A stretch of DNA of 64,000 nt from Chrysomallon squamiferum (taxonomy: Eukaryota > Animalia > Mollusca): assembly GCA_012295275.1 (NCBI GenBank), contig CM022668.1, positions 9,610,001 to 9,674,000 on the forward strand. The letters run 5' to 3'. A program made the position numbers and the translations under genes. Shown in pieces: positions 29,960 through 43,442 of the stretch (position 1 is the stretch's first letter; the number at the start of each line of letters is the position of its first letter). The notes under the pieces were generated by a model, which worked only from the letters and a program-made list of their open reading frames with translations, had not been told where the DNA came from and ran no database searches.

Positions 29960-30150
29960 TCATAGACCAACCCCTTTTTCAGAAATCATGGACCCACCCC
30001 TCTGTCAGAAATCATGGACCCACCCCTCTGTCAGAAATCATTGACCTGTCCCTCTGTCAGAAATCATGGACACACCCCTCTGTCAGAAATCATGGACACA
30101 CCCCTCTGTCAGAAATCATGGACACACCCCTCTGCTTTCATCAATCATGG
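29960..30150. repeat. 26-bp tandem repeat (CAGAAATCATGGACACACCCCTCTGT), about 6 copies
   Basis: Direct tandem copies. Confidence 0.92.
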
Positions 30151-32129
30151 AGTCTGACATTTACCAGAAGAAACGTTTTCTCCCGGGACATGCACAAAAA
30201 CCTGCGACTTTTCCACATGCTTACACAACTCCCCCCTCCACTACCATCCCCCATCCCTCGTCCACCTCCTACCCCCCCACCACCACCATCAAGAAACAAG
30301 AGTCTATTATGACTAAATTGTTGGGCTGGAGGTCTCAGAATGAACAGTTGTGAACAGTGGGTTAGGAATAAACAGAGGACTTGTTTATATGTAGATTGAG
30401 TAAGAAGAAAAATGTGAGAATGAATTGAAAGAAAGAAAGAAAAGAAAAAAGAAAGAAAGAACAACAACAGCAGCTCTGGTTTGAGGTTGTCAGGCGTTAA
30501 GAGAATTACTCAGAGACATTCTATAGAGAATTAGAAACACTGAGAGAGAGAAGAGTAGGCCACTGTAGAGAAATGTTGTAAAGTGTAATTAGAAAGCACT
30601 TAAATATTAATGAATATTGAATAAAATAAAATAGTGTATCCATGCATATGTGATTGTATGTATGTATGTATGTTTGTTTGTATGTGTGTGGGTGTGTGTG
30701 CGTATGTGTATGTATGTATGTATGTATGTATGTATGTATGTATGTATGTTTGTATGTTTGAGTATGTGTATGTATGTATGTATGTATGTATGTTTGTATG
30801 TGTGTGGGTATGTGTGCGTATGTGTATGTATGTATGTATGTATGTTTGTATTTATAAATATGTATGTATGTATGTTTGTATGTATAAATATGTATGTATG
30901 TATGTGTATATATATATGTATCTATATGTGTATGTGTGTATATTTGTATGTGTGTTATGTGTACATATATATGTATGTATGTATTTATTGTACTGTATGT
31001 ATATATGTATGCATACCTGTAAATTATTACAGTTTATACCAATTACTGTTATTACAAAATTTTATTATACACTTTTCTGCAATGTAATACCTTATTATAA
31101 AATTTATATATATATATACACACACACATACATACACACATACATATGACATATATTATGCTAATAAAATATATACAAAATAATAATAAAAAATTTTTTT
31201 GTTTAAAATATCATTTCATATTTTTCTACAATTTATTAATATACTATTACACACATATTTATACAATATAATAATTAACTGTAGATGTTTATTACAAAAT
31301 AATAATTAATTGTACATTTTATTTCAATATAATAATTAATTATACATTTTTTTACAATATAATGATTAATTGTACATTTAACGGAATAAATATTCCAAAT
31401 TATACGATGAAATTTGTTTCTTTCGTTTTTCTTTTTTTTTTTTTTTTTACAAAATAATAATATTTAGTTTACTGACATGTACATAATTATATTAATCAGT
31501 GTTTGAAAATTAACTGAAAAAATGTTATTTAATTATGTTAACAAGCAGTCTGTGACATTTATTTCAAACTGTTTTTCATTTTCTGCATTCTGAAATATCA
31601 GCACACTAGTTAATTTGACAACGATAAATATTGACAAAAAACTTCATGTCATATTTAACAATAAACTCACAAACATGAAAACATGCACATAAGCATTAGC
31701 ACAGACAATAGAAACATTACACACACACACAAAAACACACTTACAGAAGTATATGCAATTCAAATACAGATATGGATTCACATCTGTGTGTGTGCATGTG
31801 TGTGTGTGTGCGTGTATTTGTATTTATGAGTATATGTTTGTATAAAAATCAATTAGCACCCAACACACACAGTTCATAAACTTGCAATGGATAAGCAAAA
31901 CCAGGTTAACAGTTACTCAGTCTTTCAATACTAGTTGCACCGACAGCTTCCTGTTGTATCATAACGAAGAATAATTTTCAGGATATTGATTTATCTCTCT
32001 TGGTTTACACTGGTTTCAGTCTGTGGGAAATTTACTGTAAGTCATTTTAATAGCCTGAGGGTTACTGGTTCAAACCATCGAGCTGAATACTTAATGGATG
32101 TTTTGATTGTTTCGTTACTATAACATTAC

Positions 32130-32168
32130 TACCACTGCCACTACTTCTACTACTACTACTACTACTAT

Positions 32169-32202
<34 letters not shown>

Positions 32203-33000
32203 GATACTTCTATTACTAATACTACCATTACCACTACTACTGCTACTATTACAGCTACTACTATTAGTACTGATATTACTATTACTAATACTACCATTAC
32301 CACTACTACTAGTACTACTACCACTATTAGTACTGATGCTTCTATTAATAATACTACCATCACCACTATTACTGTTACTATTACAGCTACCACTATTAGT
32401 ACTGATACTACTATTACTAATACTACCAGTACCACTACTACTGTTACTATTACAGCTACCACTATTAGTACTGATACTACTATTATTAATACTACCATTA
32501 CCACTACTACTGCTACTATTACAGCTACTATTATTAGTACTGATACTTCTATTACTAATACTAATATTGGTGCCACCATTACCACTACTACTACTACAGC
32601 TACCACTATTATTAGTTACTGATACTATTACTAATACTACTTAATACTACCATTACCACTACTACTGTTACTACTACCACTATTTATTAGTACTGATACT
32701 ACTATTACTAATACCATACCATTACTACTACTACTTACTTACTACTAGTACTGATACTACTATTACTACCACTATTAGTACTGATACTACTATTACTAAT
32801 ACTACCATTACCGCTACTACTGCTACTATTACAGCTACTACTATTACTACTGCTGCTACTTTTACTACTGCTACTACTATTACTACTACTACTACTACTA
32901 TTATTACTACTACTACTATTACTACTACTACTACTATTACTACTACTACTACTATTACTACTACTATTATTACTGTTACAGCAACAATAACTACAAACAC
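32130..33000. repeat. (ACT)n-derived ~60-bp higher-order repeat
   Basis: Recurring ATTAGTACTGATACTACTATTACTAATACTACCATTACCACTACTACTG...ACAGCTAC units. Confidence 0.85.
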
Positions 33001-33341
33001 CAGCATGACTAGCACTACAACTACTACTACTACTAATTATTATTATTATTAATATTATTACTATTATTATTACTACTGCTGTAATTGTAATTGTTATTAC
33101 TCTCATCATCATCACTATTATCATTATAATCATCATTGTTAATAATAAAAATTATTAATTTATTTTTTTAGTTATTATCATCATCATTATCATCATTATT
33201 ATTTTGTTATTATCATCATCATTATTACTATCATAGTGACTATCATCATCATAAATATTATTACTATTATTATTATTGTAATCATTATTACTATCACCAT
33301 CATCATCATCAATACTATTATTATATTGTTATTATTATTAC

Positions 33342-33402
<61 letters not shown>

Positions 33403-34947
33403 TATAAATCCATTTCCTCTCTAATTCCTGAAGCTTCCAGAAAATAAATTCCTCAGATCTAAAAGTCATTGTTAACACAGAACCAATATTTTAATTACAA
33501 GCATCTAAACTATTTTTTTATAGACAGGAAACTCTATTTTCTTTCTCAAAGTCTCGTCAGAATAATCCATAAAAATTGACCCACTCTTAATGCACCATCG
33601 ATCGTTGCCTGTGAAAAATCGCTGAAGCGGAAAAAGAAGGATGTAAGCATGTATGGTGACATTTGTAAGTGTTCACGTAGATGCAGGATGTCTCTGCCTT
33701 CTTTGTTCAAATAACAGGAAACTTATTTTTGTACCAAAGAAAAACGTAAGACAGAAAATAAACATTTAATTACAAGAGATAGATAAAAAAATAATAATAA
33801 TAATAAAAAAAAAAACGTATTGATTTTTTTAGTGTGCAGAGTCACCTGGTGTGTCTGGTGCTGAAAGATGTGGGAGGGGGGGGGGTTGATGTGTGAATGT
33901 TTCCTAAATTTAAAAAAATAAAAAAAATGAAATCCTGACTAGTTGCTTTAGTATGCGAGATGAAATATTGCTACTGGACTTGACTTGATAATTGTTTCTT
34001 ATGTTCATTTTTATTTTTATTTTTATTTTTTATTTTTCATAGTATGTGTCTGAACTAGGTTCAAATCCTGTTACTGGACTTAGCAGATAATTGTTTCTTA
34101 CATTTTTTTTTTCCTGGTTTGGCCTAGCATCTTTCTTTTATATTACTATTATTATTATTATTATTATTACTGTTGTTGTTGTTATTCTCATCATCATCAT
34201 TATCATTATTATTGTTGTTGTTGTCCTCACCATCATCATTTTTATTATTATTGTTGTTGTTGTTGTTGTTATTGTTACTCTTATTGTTGTTCTTGTTCTT
34301 ATCATCTTCATCATCATTATCATTAATATTATTATTATTATTATTATTTTATTATTTAATAACAGCAACAACTGCAGTAAATCATTAGAAAAAGAAAGAA
34401 ACGAAAAGTAATTAAAAAAACAAAAAAAAATCAAATTTCGCCTCAATCCACTGCTGCCATTTAAACAATAACCAAATGATTGACAGCTGAGCTACAGAGC
34501 CTCAGGCACTTTTTTTTTTTATCTTTTTTTTAAAACAATTTCTGCAGACAGTGAAACAGAGTAATGTATGAATCTGCAGCAGCTTCCACATTATCACAGC
34601 TTAGCGCAGTGTCCACCGCGCTGTCACACCACGATGACAACATCAGGCACATTGTGTGTTCCGTCTAGAACTAGGCAGTGGTGAAACAGTCAAGATAAAA
34701 AAAAAAAAAAAAAAAAAAAAATAGATCTACGTCTGTTTGGTTTGAAACTGTTTCTGGTGTTCTTGGCAGGAGAGGGTTTTAGCTGTGGCTATTTTTAGCC
34801 CAGTTCCAGGTTTTTCTGTTCACAGTTGTTTTCCCTCAACATCTGTGAGTGGCCAGAGAGAGAGAAACAGGAGTGCAGCATTCTAGTTCAGCTTCTTGTC
34901 GTCGTCGTTGTTGTTGGTGTTGTTGTTGGAAATAAGCTCTTGTTAAC

Positions 34948-34983
34948 ATGGAGAGGAAGATTCCAGGCCAGATGCAAGACGAA
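34948..34983 (+). CDS. Candidate alternative first coding exon (MERKIPGQMQDE)
   Basis: AACATGG Kozak context, 12 codons, GAA|GTAGGG donor, phase 0; follows a GC-richer UTR-like stretch at 34560-34947. Confidence 0.65.
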
Positions 34984-35158
34984 GTAGGGTTTGATTATTT
35001 TAGTTTAGTTTTGAAATGTGTGTGTGAGATGGAGACTATTGATTTCACTGTATTGATTCTCTACTCTCTCTCTGCTTTTAACTTGTTGCTGTGTTTCGTA
35101 TACGACTTATCATGTAACAGTGTGTGAACATTGTGTCTGTGTATGGTTATGGTACTGT

Positions 35159-35214
<56 letters not shown>

Positions 35215-37068
35215 CTTTCTCTCAATCGCCTGCTCACTCTCTCTAGTCTGTATGATTCTTATTTCTTGTATAACAATATCTTTATATCAGTTTCTCTTAT
35301 TTTTGTCATGTTTTCCTATTTGTTCTCTCTCTCTCTCTCTCTCTCTCTCGTTCACTCTCTCTATTCTGTACGATTCTTATTTCTTGTATAACAATATCTT
35401 TATACCAGTTTCTCTTATTTTTGTCTGTTTTCTGTTTTGTCCTTCTCTCTCTCCCTCTTTCTTTCTTTCTCTCTATTTCTCTATCTATATATTATAGTAT
35501 GTATGTATGTATGTATATATGCATACACACACACATACATATCTATATCTATATATTATTATTATATATAGACAGACAGAAAGACAAATATATATATATA
35601 TATATATATAGGTATATATATATGTGTCTGTCTGTGTATATATATATATATATTTATACTGTCAGTCACACACACATATATACACCTATATATATATATC
35701 TGTCTTTCTGTTTTTGACTATGTCCGTCACTTCTGTTCTTCTTCTGTTCATAAATAAACATAGAGAGAGAGATAAACAACTAAATCAGAAAGGCAGACTG
35801 ATGGAAAAGTGAGAAAGATAAAGACTAATAAAGAACAAGAGACATAAATAATGTTATGATAGTGGGATAATACATACACACACACACACACACACACATA
35901 CATAGATTTAGAGAGAGATCCTATTTTTGTGTTTATTTATATATGTAGAGAGAGACTATCTAGATATATATATATAAAACAAAAAATAGGACATCATATT
36001 AATAAATACGATATTAATATACATTAATCTCATATTTTCATCACCAGACGCAGTAGATTAACAATCACGTGTTATTAAACTAGATATATATCACCTATTA
36101 TTTATCTTGATTATACCTTATTAAAACATTTCGTACTGGCAACCACAGCATATCATTAACACAGATACGAACTCATTAAACTCGGAATTCTTATACTGCG
36201 TATTAATAAATGGTCGTATTATAATTCTGGTATCTCATTAAATGGCGTATTGTAAGCCTGGTATGTGATTAAAGTGTATAATACGATATCTCAGCATGAT
36301 TACTATTGTTTTGCTCTGCCTAATGAGAGATAGTCTCTATAAACAATGATGATAGCACGTTTTCTGTGAAAGAGACTACAGTCTCGATTATCACTGAGTG
36401 TAACGTCTGCTTGTAAAAAAATAATGATAGAGACTGTTGGAGGTCTAAGCAGGTGGGGGGGTTTAAAGATCCGGGCGTGGGTGTGTTTTTATGTTAAATG
36501 TAATGATAGTGCGTTAATTTCTACCAGGAATAGTTTGTGTGGGGTTTTTTTTTCCGTCTTTTTTAACTGCATTTTAAATTTGATGATGGCTTGCTTATGT
36601 TGTGTTTTTATTTGTTTGTTTGTTTGTTTATGTATTTATCATCCTCATTATCATCCTCATTATCATCATCATTATCATCATCATTATTACAGTGGTTTTA
36701 ACATTACTAGGCTTATTATGAATCCTTCTGTTCTGTATCCCTCCTGGACATTTTTCTAACATTTTTCTAGGCTTGCTCTGCTGTAATATCAGACAGTGTG
36801 TGGCATATAAAGCTTTGTATTATTAGTAACAACCCAAATATATGTGATTCTGTGTCAGTAACGTACATAATGTATGTGCTCGCCTCTATAAACAGACAGA
36901 CAGACAGACAGACAGACAAGAGAGAACTGAGAACACAGATAAATATAAAGAGAGAAATGCTGACAGACAAGGCAAAAACACATGTACAGACAGAAACACA
37001 GAAATATGGATGAACTGACGTTTTGCTGTTGATGTTATTTTATGATTAATAATAACAATAGTATTATG

Positions 37069-37123
<55 letters not shown>

Positions 37124-37255
37124 GAGACAAACATTTACATTGCAATATTTTCAGTTTTAATATTCAGTGCACTATGCCGAACAAATTATTAGTTAAAATT
37201 CAAAACACTGAACAAAATTAAAAATAATTTATCAAATGACATTTTCAATTACAAA

Positions 37256-37290
<35 letters not shown>

Positions 37291-37619
37291 GTAAATTATA
37301 TAAACCAAGTAGTTAGCTAACTGTTATAAATGAAACAAAATCTATTTAAAAATAAATTATGAAACATTGAATGTGTTAGTATCGCTAGCTAAAAGTGAGT
37401 TATAAAAAATAAATTATTAAATTAAAAATCCCCCACACACATTTTTATTCTGTTAAAACAGAATTATTATTTAAACCCTGCAGCTTAAAAAATAAATGCT
37501 AATAAAAATTGATTCTTTTTCAAAATAGCAATTTAAAATATTGTAACAGATATTATTAATTTAATTGTCATTCATTTAATTTCTGAAAACAACGACCTTC
37601 ACTATATATTCATGAATTA

Positions 37620-37965
37620 AATAACCCCTGACATTCACTAATTATTAATTACATAACCTTTGACATTCACTAATTATTAATTACATAACCTTTGACATTC
37701 ATTAAATTATTTACTACATAATCTTTGACATTCACTAAATTATTTACTACATAACCTTTGACATTCATTGATTATTAATTACATAACCTCTGTCATTCAC
37801 TAATTATTAATTACATAATCTTTGACATTCACTAAATATTAATTACATAACCTTTGGCATTCACTAAATATTAATTACATAATCTTTGACATTCACTAAA
37901 TATTAATTAGATAACCCTGAACATTCATTAGATATTAATTAATTCCCCTGACATTTATTAATTAT
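37620..37965. repeat. ~32-bp minisatellite (TTACATAACCTTTGACATTCACTAATTATTAA), about 10 copies
   Basis: Direct tandem copies. Confidence 0.92.
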
Positions 37966-38170
37966 TAATTAAACCACAAACATTCAGCAGCTATCAATTT
38001 AAACTGCGACAAACTGATTTAAAAAAAGAACTTACAATAATTTTAAAAACCAGACATTAAGTACATACTAGTTTTAAAACTTTAAAAAAAAAAAAGACTT
38101 CTAACATTCATTAGACATTACAGATTTAATATATATATATATATATTTTTTTTTTGTATCTGTATCTGTA

Positions 38171-38245
<75 letters not shown>

Positions 38246-38283
38246 GATCCTTTTAAAAATTATATATATATATATATTTTTTT

Positions 38284-38358
38284 TTTTTCCATTGCTGAAA
38301 TGATCCTTTTAAAATGTGTGAATTATATATATATATATGATCCTTTTAAAAATGTGTG

Positions 38359-38400
<42 letters not shown>

Positions 38401-38437
38401 CACACATTTTAAAAGGATCGTTTCAGCAATGGAAAAA
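38284..38437. repeat. Inverted repeat with (TA)n centre and internal direct duplication
   Basis: TTTTTCCATTGCTGAAATGATCCTTTTAAAATGTGTGAATT pairs with AATTCACACATTTTAAAAGGATCGTTTCAGCAATGGAAAAA, one mismatch. Confidence 0.92.
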
Positions 38438-39089
38438 TAAAAAATCAAATCACCATTTGTTATGCAGAAACTACAATTGAAATCCTGGCCTGTTAACTAC
38501 TAAAACATTCTCTTGTAAAAATCAATACACACATTTTCCCAAATGAGCAAAAACTACACTTTTGTGCCATTCAGCTCAATAACATGAAAATGTAGCAATT
38601 ACCAGACAAAAGTTACAGACACACAGACAGACAGATGCCTGTCGGATGATGGACAGAGAAATTCTCAGACAAGACGGGTAGTAAAATAGACAAAAAAACG
38701 AGAAAAGAAAAAAAAACAACAACATAACAACGAGAAAAGTGTGTGAGAGGGAGCTGAAAGCTCTGTTGTTGTTGTTGCTGTGAAAAAAAAATCTAGTTAA
38801 AAGAGTCGAAATGAGGACTCGTCCCAGCCGAGCTAAGCGAATTAGAGGTGATGGGAAACCATTGTTGTGCGAGATTGGGTGTTAAATTGCCTGTCGTCTG
38901 CTGTTACTCGCAAAATGGTTTGCAAAGGAGTCGCCGCGGTGACGGTGGCAGAAGTAAAACTAGTTTTGTCGTGTCGAGATGTGTGCCTCATTTCCGAAAC
39001 GATTCTCCTCGTAAAGAGTTTATCACATACGCCGCAGTTCACTCCTGACAGAAACAGAGCAGTGCGCGCGGAAAGCCTATTCCACAGAT

Positions 39090-40480
39090 AATAGTCAATC
39101 TAGAGTTCATTATATATAAAATACTCAATTTACAGATCATTACATATAAAATACCAATTTAGAGATCATTATATATAAAAATACTCAATCTAGAGAGTTC
39201 ATTATACATAAAATACTCAATTTACAGATCATTATATATAAAATACTCAATCTAGAGAGTTCATTATACATAAAATACTCAATTTAGAGATCATTATATA
39301 TAAAATACCAATTTAGAGATCATTACACATAAAATACCAATTTAGAGATCATTACATATAAAATACTCAATTTAGAGATCATTACATATAAAATACCAAT
39401 TTAGAGATCATTATATATAAAATACTCAATCTAGAGAGTTCATTATATCTAAAATACTCAATCTAGAGAGTTCATTATACATAAAATACTCAATTTACAG
39501 ATCATTATATATAAAATACTCAATTTAGAGTTCATTATATATAAAATACCAATTTAGAGATCATTATATATAAAATACCAATTTAGAGATCATTATATAT
39601 AAAATACTCAATCTAGAGAGTTCATTATATATAAAATACTCAATCTAGAGAGCTCATTATATATAAAATAGTCAATCCAGAGATTGTTATATATAAAATA
39701 CTCAATCCAGAGATTATTATATATAAAATGCTTAATCTAGAGATCATTATATATAAAATATTCAATTCAGAGATTGTTATATATAAAATACTCAAACGGA
39801 GTACTCATTATATCTAAAATGCTCAATATAGAGAGTTCATTATATATATAAAATATTCAAATCTAAAGAGTTGATTATATATAAAATACCCCATCTAGAG
39901 TTGATTATATATAAAATACTCAGTCTAGAGAGTTCGTTATATATAAAATACTCAATCTAAAGAGTTCGTTATATATAAAATACTCAATCTAGAGTTGTTT
40001 ATATATAAAATACTCAATCTAAAGAGTTCGTTATATATAAAATACTCAATCTAAAGAGTTGATTATATATAAAATACTCAATCTAGAAAGTGCCCAATCT
40101 AGAGTTCATTAAATATAAAATATTAAATCTAGAGTTCTCATTGTATCTAAAATGCTGAATCTAGATTCATTATATATAAAAATACTCAATCTAGAGAGTT
40201 CATTATATAAAATACTCAATCTAGAGTTCATTATATATATAATACTCAATCTAGAGAGTTCATTATATATATAAAATACTCAATCTAGAGAGTACATTAT
40301 ATCTATAAAATACTCAATCTGGAGTACTCATTATATCTAAAATACTCAGTCTACAGAGTTCCTTATATATAAAATACTCAATCTAGAGTACTCGTATCAA
40401 AAATATTCAATCTATATTTCATTATATATAAAAATGCCAATACTAGAGAGTTCATTTTATACAAAATACTCAATCTTGAG
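39090..40480. repeat. ~27-31-bp minisatellite (TATATAAAATACTCAATCTAGAGAGTTCAT variants)
   Basis: Dozens of tandem length-variant copies visible. Confidence 0.95.
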
Positions 40481-41088
40481 ATATGTATCTGTGACCATAG
40501 CAACATCTGAAATGTACTCTAACATATGTGTGTATGTATATAACATTTATTTATATCTACAGGTGTAAACAGACTGTATTATTCATTTGTCTGTGTAATA
40601 CAAATCTTTTTCTCATCTCCTAATCTAAACAAGATAAAACAAACATTTGTGTTCATTTTACAAATACAGATGTATCTGAATGCTTCTATTAATACCTGGA
40701 TGTATAAACATCCATACTATACCTGTTCTTTTAAATATCTGTTCTTTTGTGAATAAATATCTATGTGTGTTTATGTTTGTGTGTGTTTATGTTTGTATAT
40801 ATTTATATGTTTGTATGTATGTATGTGTGTGAAAGTATATATATATATATAAAATGTGTGTGTTGTGTGTGTGTGTGTGTGTGTATAAAATACATATATG
40901 GTGTGGATATCTGATATTTATTTCTATATATATGTATGTGTTTGCATATGTGTTTATATATGTTTTTGTATGTTTGTGTTTGTATGCATATGTATTTTCA
41001 TGTGTATAGGTGTACAACTGCAGATATAATGTCTGTTTATGTTTATTTATGTGTATAGGTGTATATCTATATAGGTGTGTGTGTTTGT

Positions 41089-41119
<31 letters not shown>

Positions 41120-41353
41120 CAGCTCTATCTCTTGGTCTAAATGTATGTACATATGTCTGTATGTCTGATTATTTGTCATTTTTTCTTTCTGCATAGCTGC
41201 CATTCATGTTTATTAAAAAAACACATTTGTATTTTCATTATCCTTTTATAACCTTTATTATTATTATTACTACTACTACTACTACTACTACTGCTATTAT
41301 TAAATTTAATATTGTTTTGTTGTTGTTGTTATTATTGTTGTTGTTGTTGTTAA

Positions 41354-41420
<67 letters not shown>

Positions 41421-42076
41421 TTCATTTTTATTCATTTCTCAGGAAATGAAGTTTTTTTAATTATTAATTTCCACTCTGATATCTCATGTGTTGTAAATTT
41501 TCTTTCAACCTGTGACAATAACTGAAATAAGTCATCAGTCCTCTGTGTGTCTTTCATTTATGTTCAGCCATGATGTTTATTATTTTGTAATTTCCTCCTC
41601 ATAATGAAAGCACTAGACCTTTGCCGTGTTTAATGAATGAGAGGTTCTATGTGAATTGTACTGATATGTCAGGTTTTAATAGAAAATATTTTTCTGAGGA
41701 AATATTTTTAATGAAATCTGGATTGTGAGGATTCTGTTTTTAAGTGGTGTTTAATATTTAATTAGATTTGTCTGTGTGTCTGAGTGTATGTGCGTGTATG
41801 TAAACTTATATAAATGTAAACAACTTCATTAAAATAACCAATACTACCATTACTACAACTACTATAACACCATTACTATACTAAAATAATTAAAACTACC
41901 ACTACTGTCACACTACAACAACTATACTATCACAACCACTGCTGCTGCAGCAACTACTGCAACTAACACAACTGCTGGTATTACAACAACAAAAACAAGA
42001 ACTACTACTACTACTACAACTATTGCAACAGTTCACCTATTACAACTACTGTTTGGCTATTATATATATATATGTA

Positions 42077-42131
<55 letters not shown>

Positions 42132-42152
42132 GTATGTATATGTATGTATATG

Positions 42153-42184
<32 letters not shown>

Positions 42185-42636
42185 TGTATGTGTGTATGTA
42201 TGTATGTATGTATGTATGTATGTATGTTACTACAAGAAGTTATTTATACTCGCAGATAGATAAAAAGATAATAAATATATAATGTGCATAATTAAATATG
42301 TTTTAAAATGATTTTAAAAATGTGCACATTTACATTCAGACACAAAGAAAGGTACAGAAGCATACCCACTAATATAAACAGACACAAAGAGATACACAGG
42401 TACAAAGACACACACACAGACACACACACACACACACTCACAAACACACACACACACACACACACTCACAAACACACACACACACAGCCAGACAGACCAA
42501 CACAGAGACACACACACAAACAGACACACACACACACAGACAGACAGGCATACAAATACACACACACACAGACCAACACAGACACACACACACACAAACA
42601 GACACACAAACACGGACAAACACAGACACACACACA

Positions 42637-42696
<60 letters not shown>

Positions 42697-43347
42697 GAGA
42701 AACACAGACACAATGAAGCTTCTATCAGAAAATTGATTAAACAATTTCATTTCAAAACTCGTGTTCTATTTCTGTCCTCTCTTCTCTGTCAATGACTATT
42801 AACCACCTATTGTTGTATCCCATCAGACATTAAAGTATTTTAATTCCTCTTTCTGCATGAAACAGTGCTTCAGGGATATCTACTCTGCTTTTATTTCAGT
42901 TGAGAAATCCCCAAAAAGAGAAAAAAATTATGCTTGTAAATCTCACTTGGGACTTAATGTGAATACGAAATGAAGATAAATGATTGATGCTCTCGATTTT
43001 TAGGTGGAAATTGTGGAACAATTGTTTTAAAAATTTAATAACGTTTGTTTCTTGGGATTTTTTTAAATTTAATTTTTATATATTAAAGTAAAATTTAATA
43101 ATAATGTATGATTATCTGTTTGGTTTTTCATTTATTTGTAAGTAATTTTTATTTTTTCATTTATTCATTATTGATGCATTGTTTTTATTCACTGTTTTAT
43201 TTTTTCATTCTGCTGTTTTTTTTTCTGTTATTTTTATTCATTCATTTATTCATTCTTTCTTTCTTCCTGTAATGTTCTTAATTTATTTTCTTCCTTTGTC
43301 TATCCATATGTCATTCTTTTCTTCCCTTCGGTATAAAATATTAATTA

Positions 43348-43442
<95 letters not shown>

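Noticed and set aside
30066-30353. 95-aa Pro/Thr-rich ORF
   Set aside because: Starts inside a 26-bp tandem repeat, crosses a C-rich tract, and has no compatible donor or recognisable domain
32107-32622. Thr-rich mucin-like 171-aa ORF (also 23797-24282)
   Set aside because: Read-through of (ACT)n-derived repeats; no credible start or splice context
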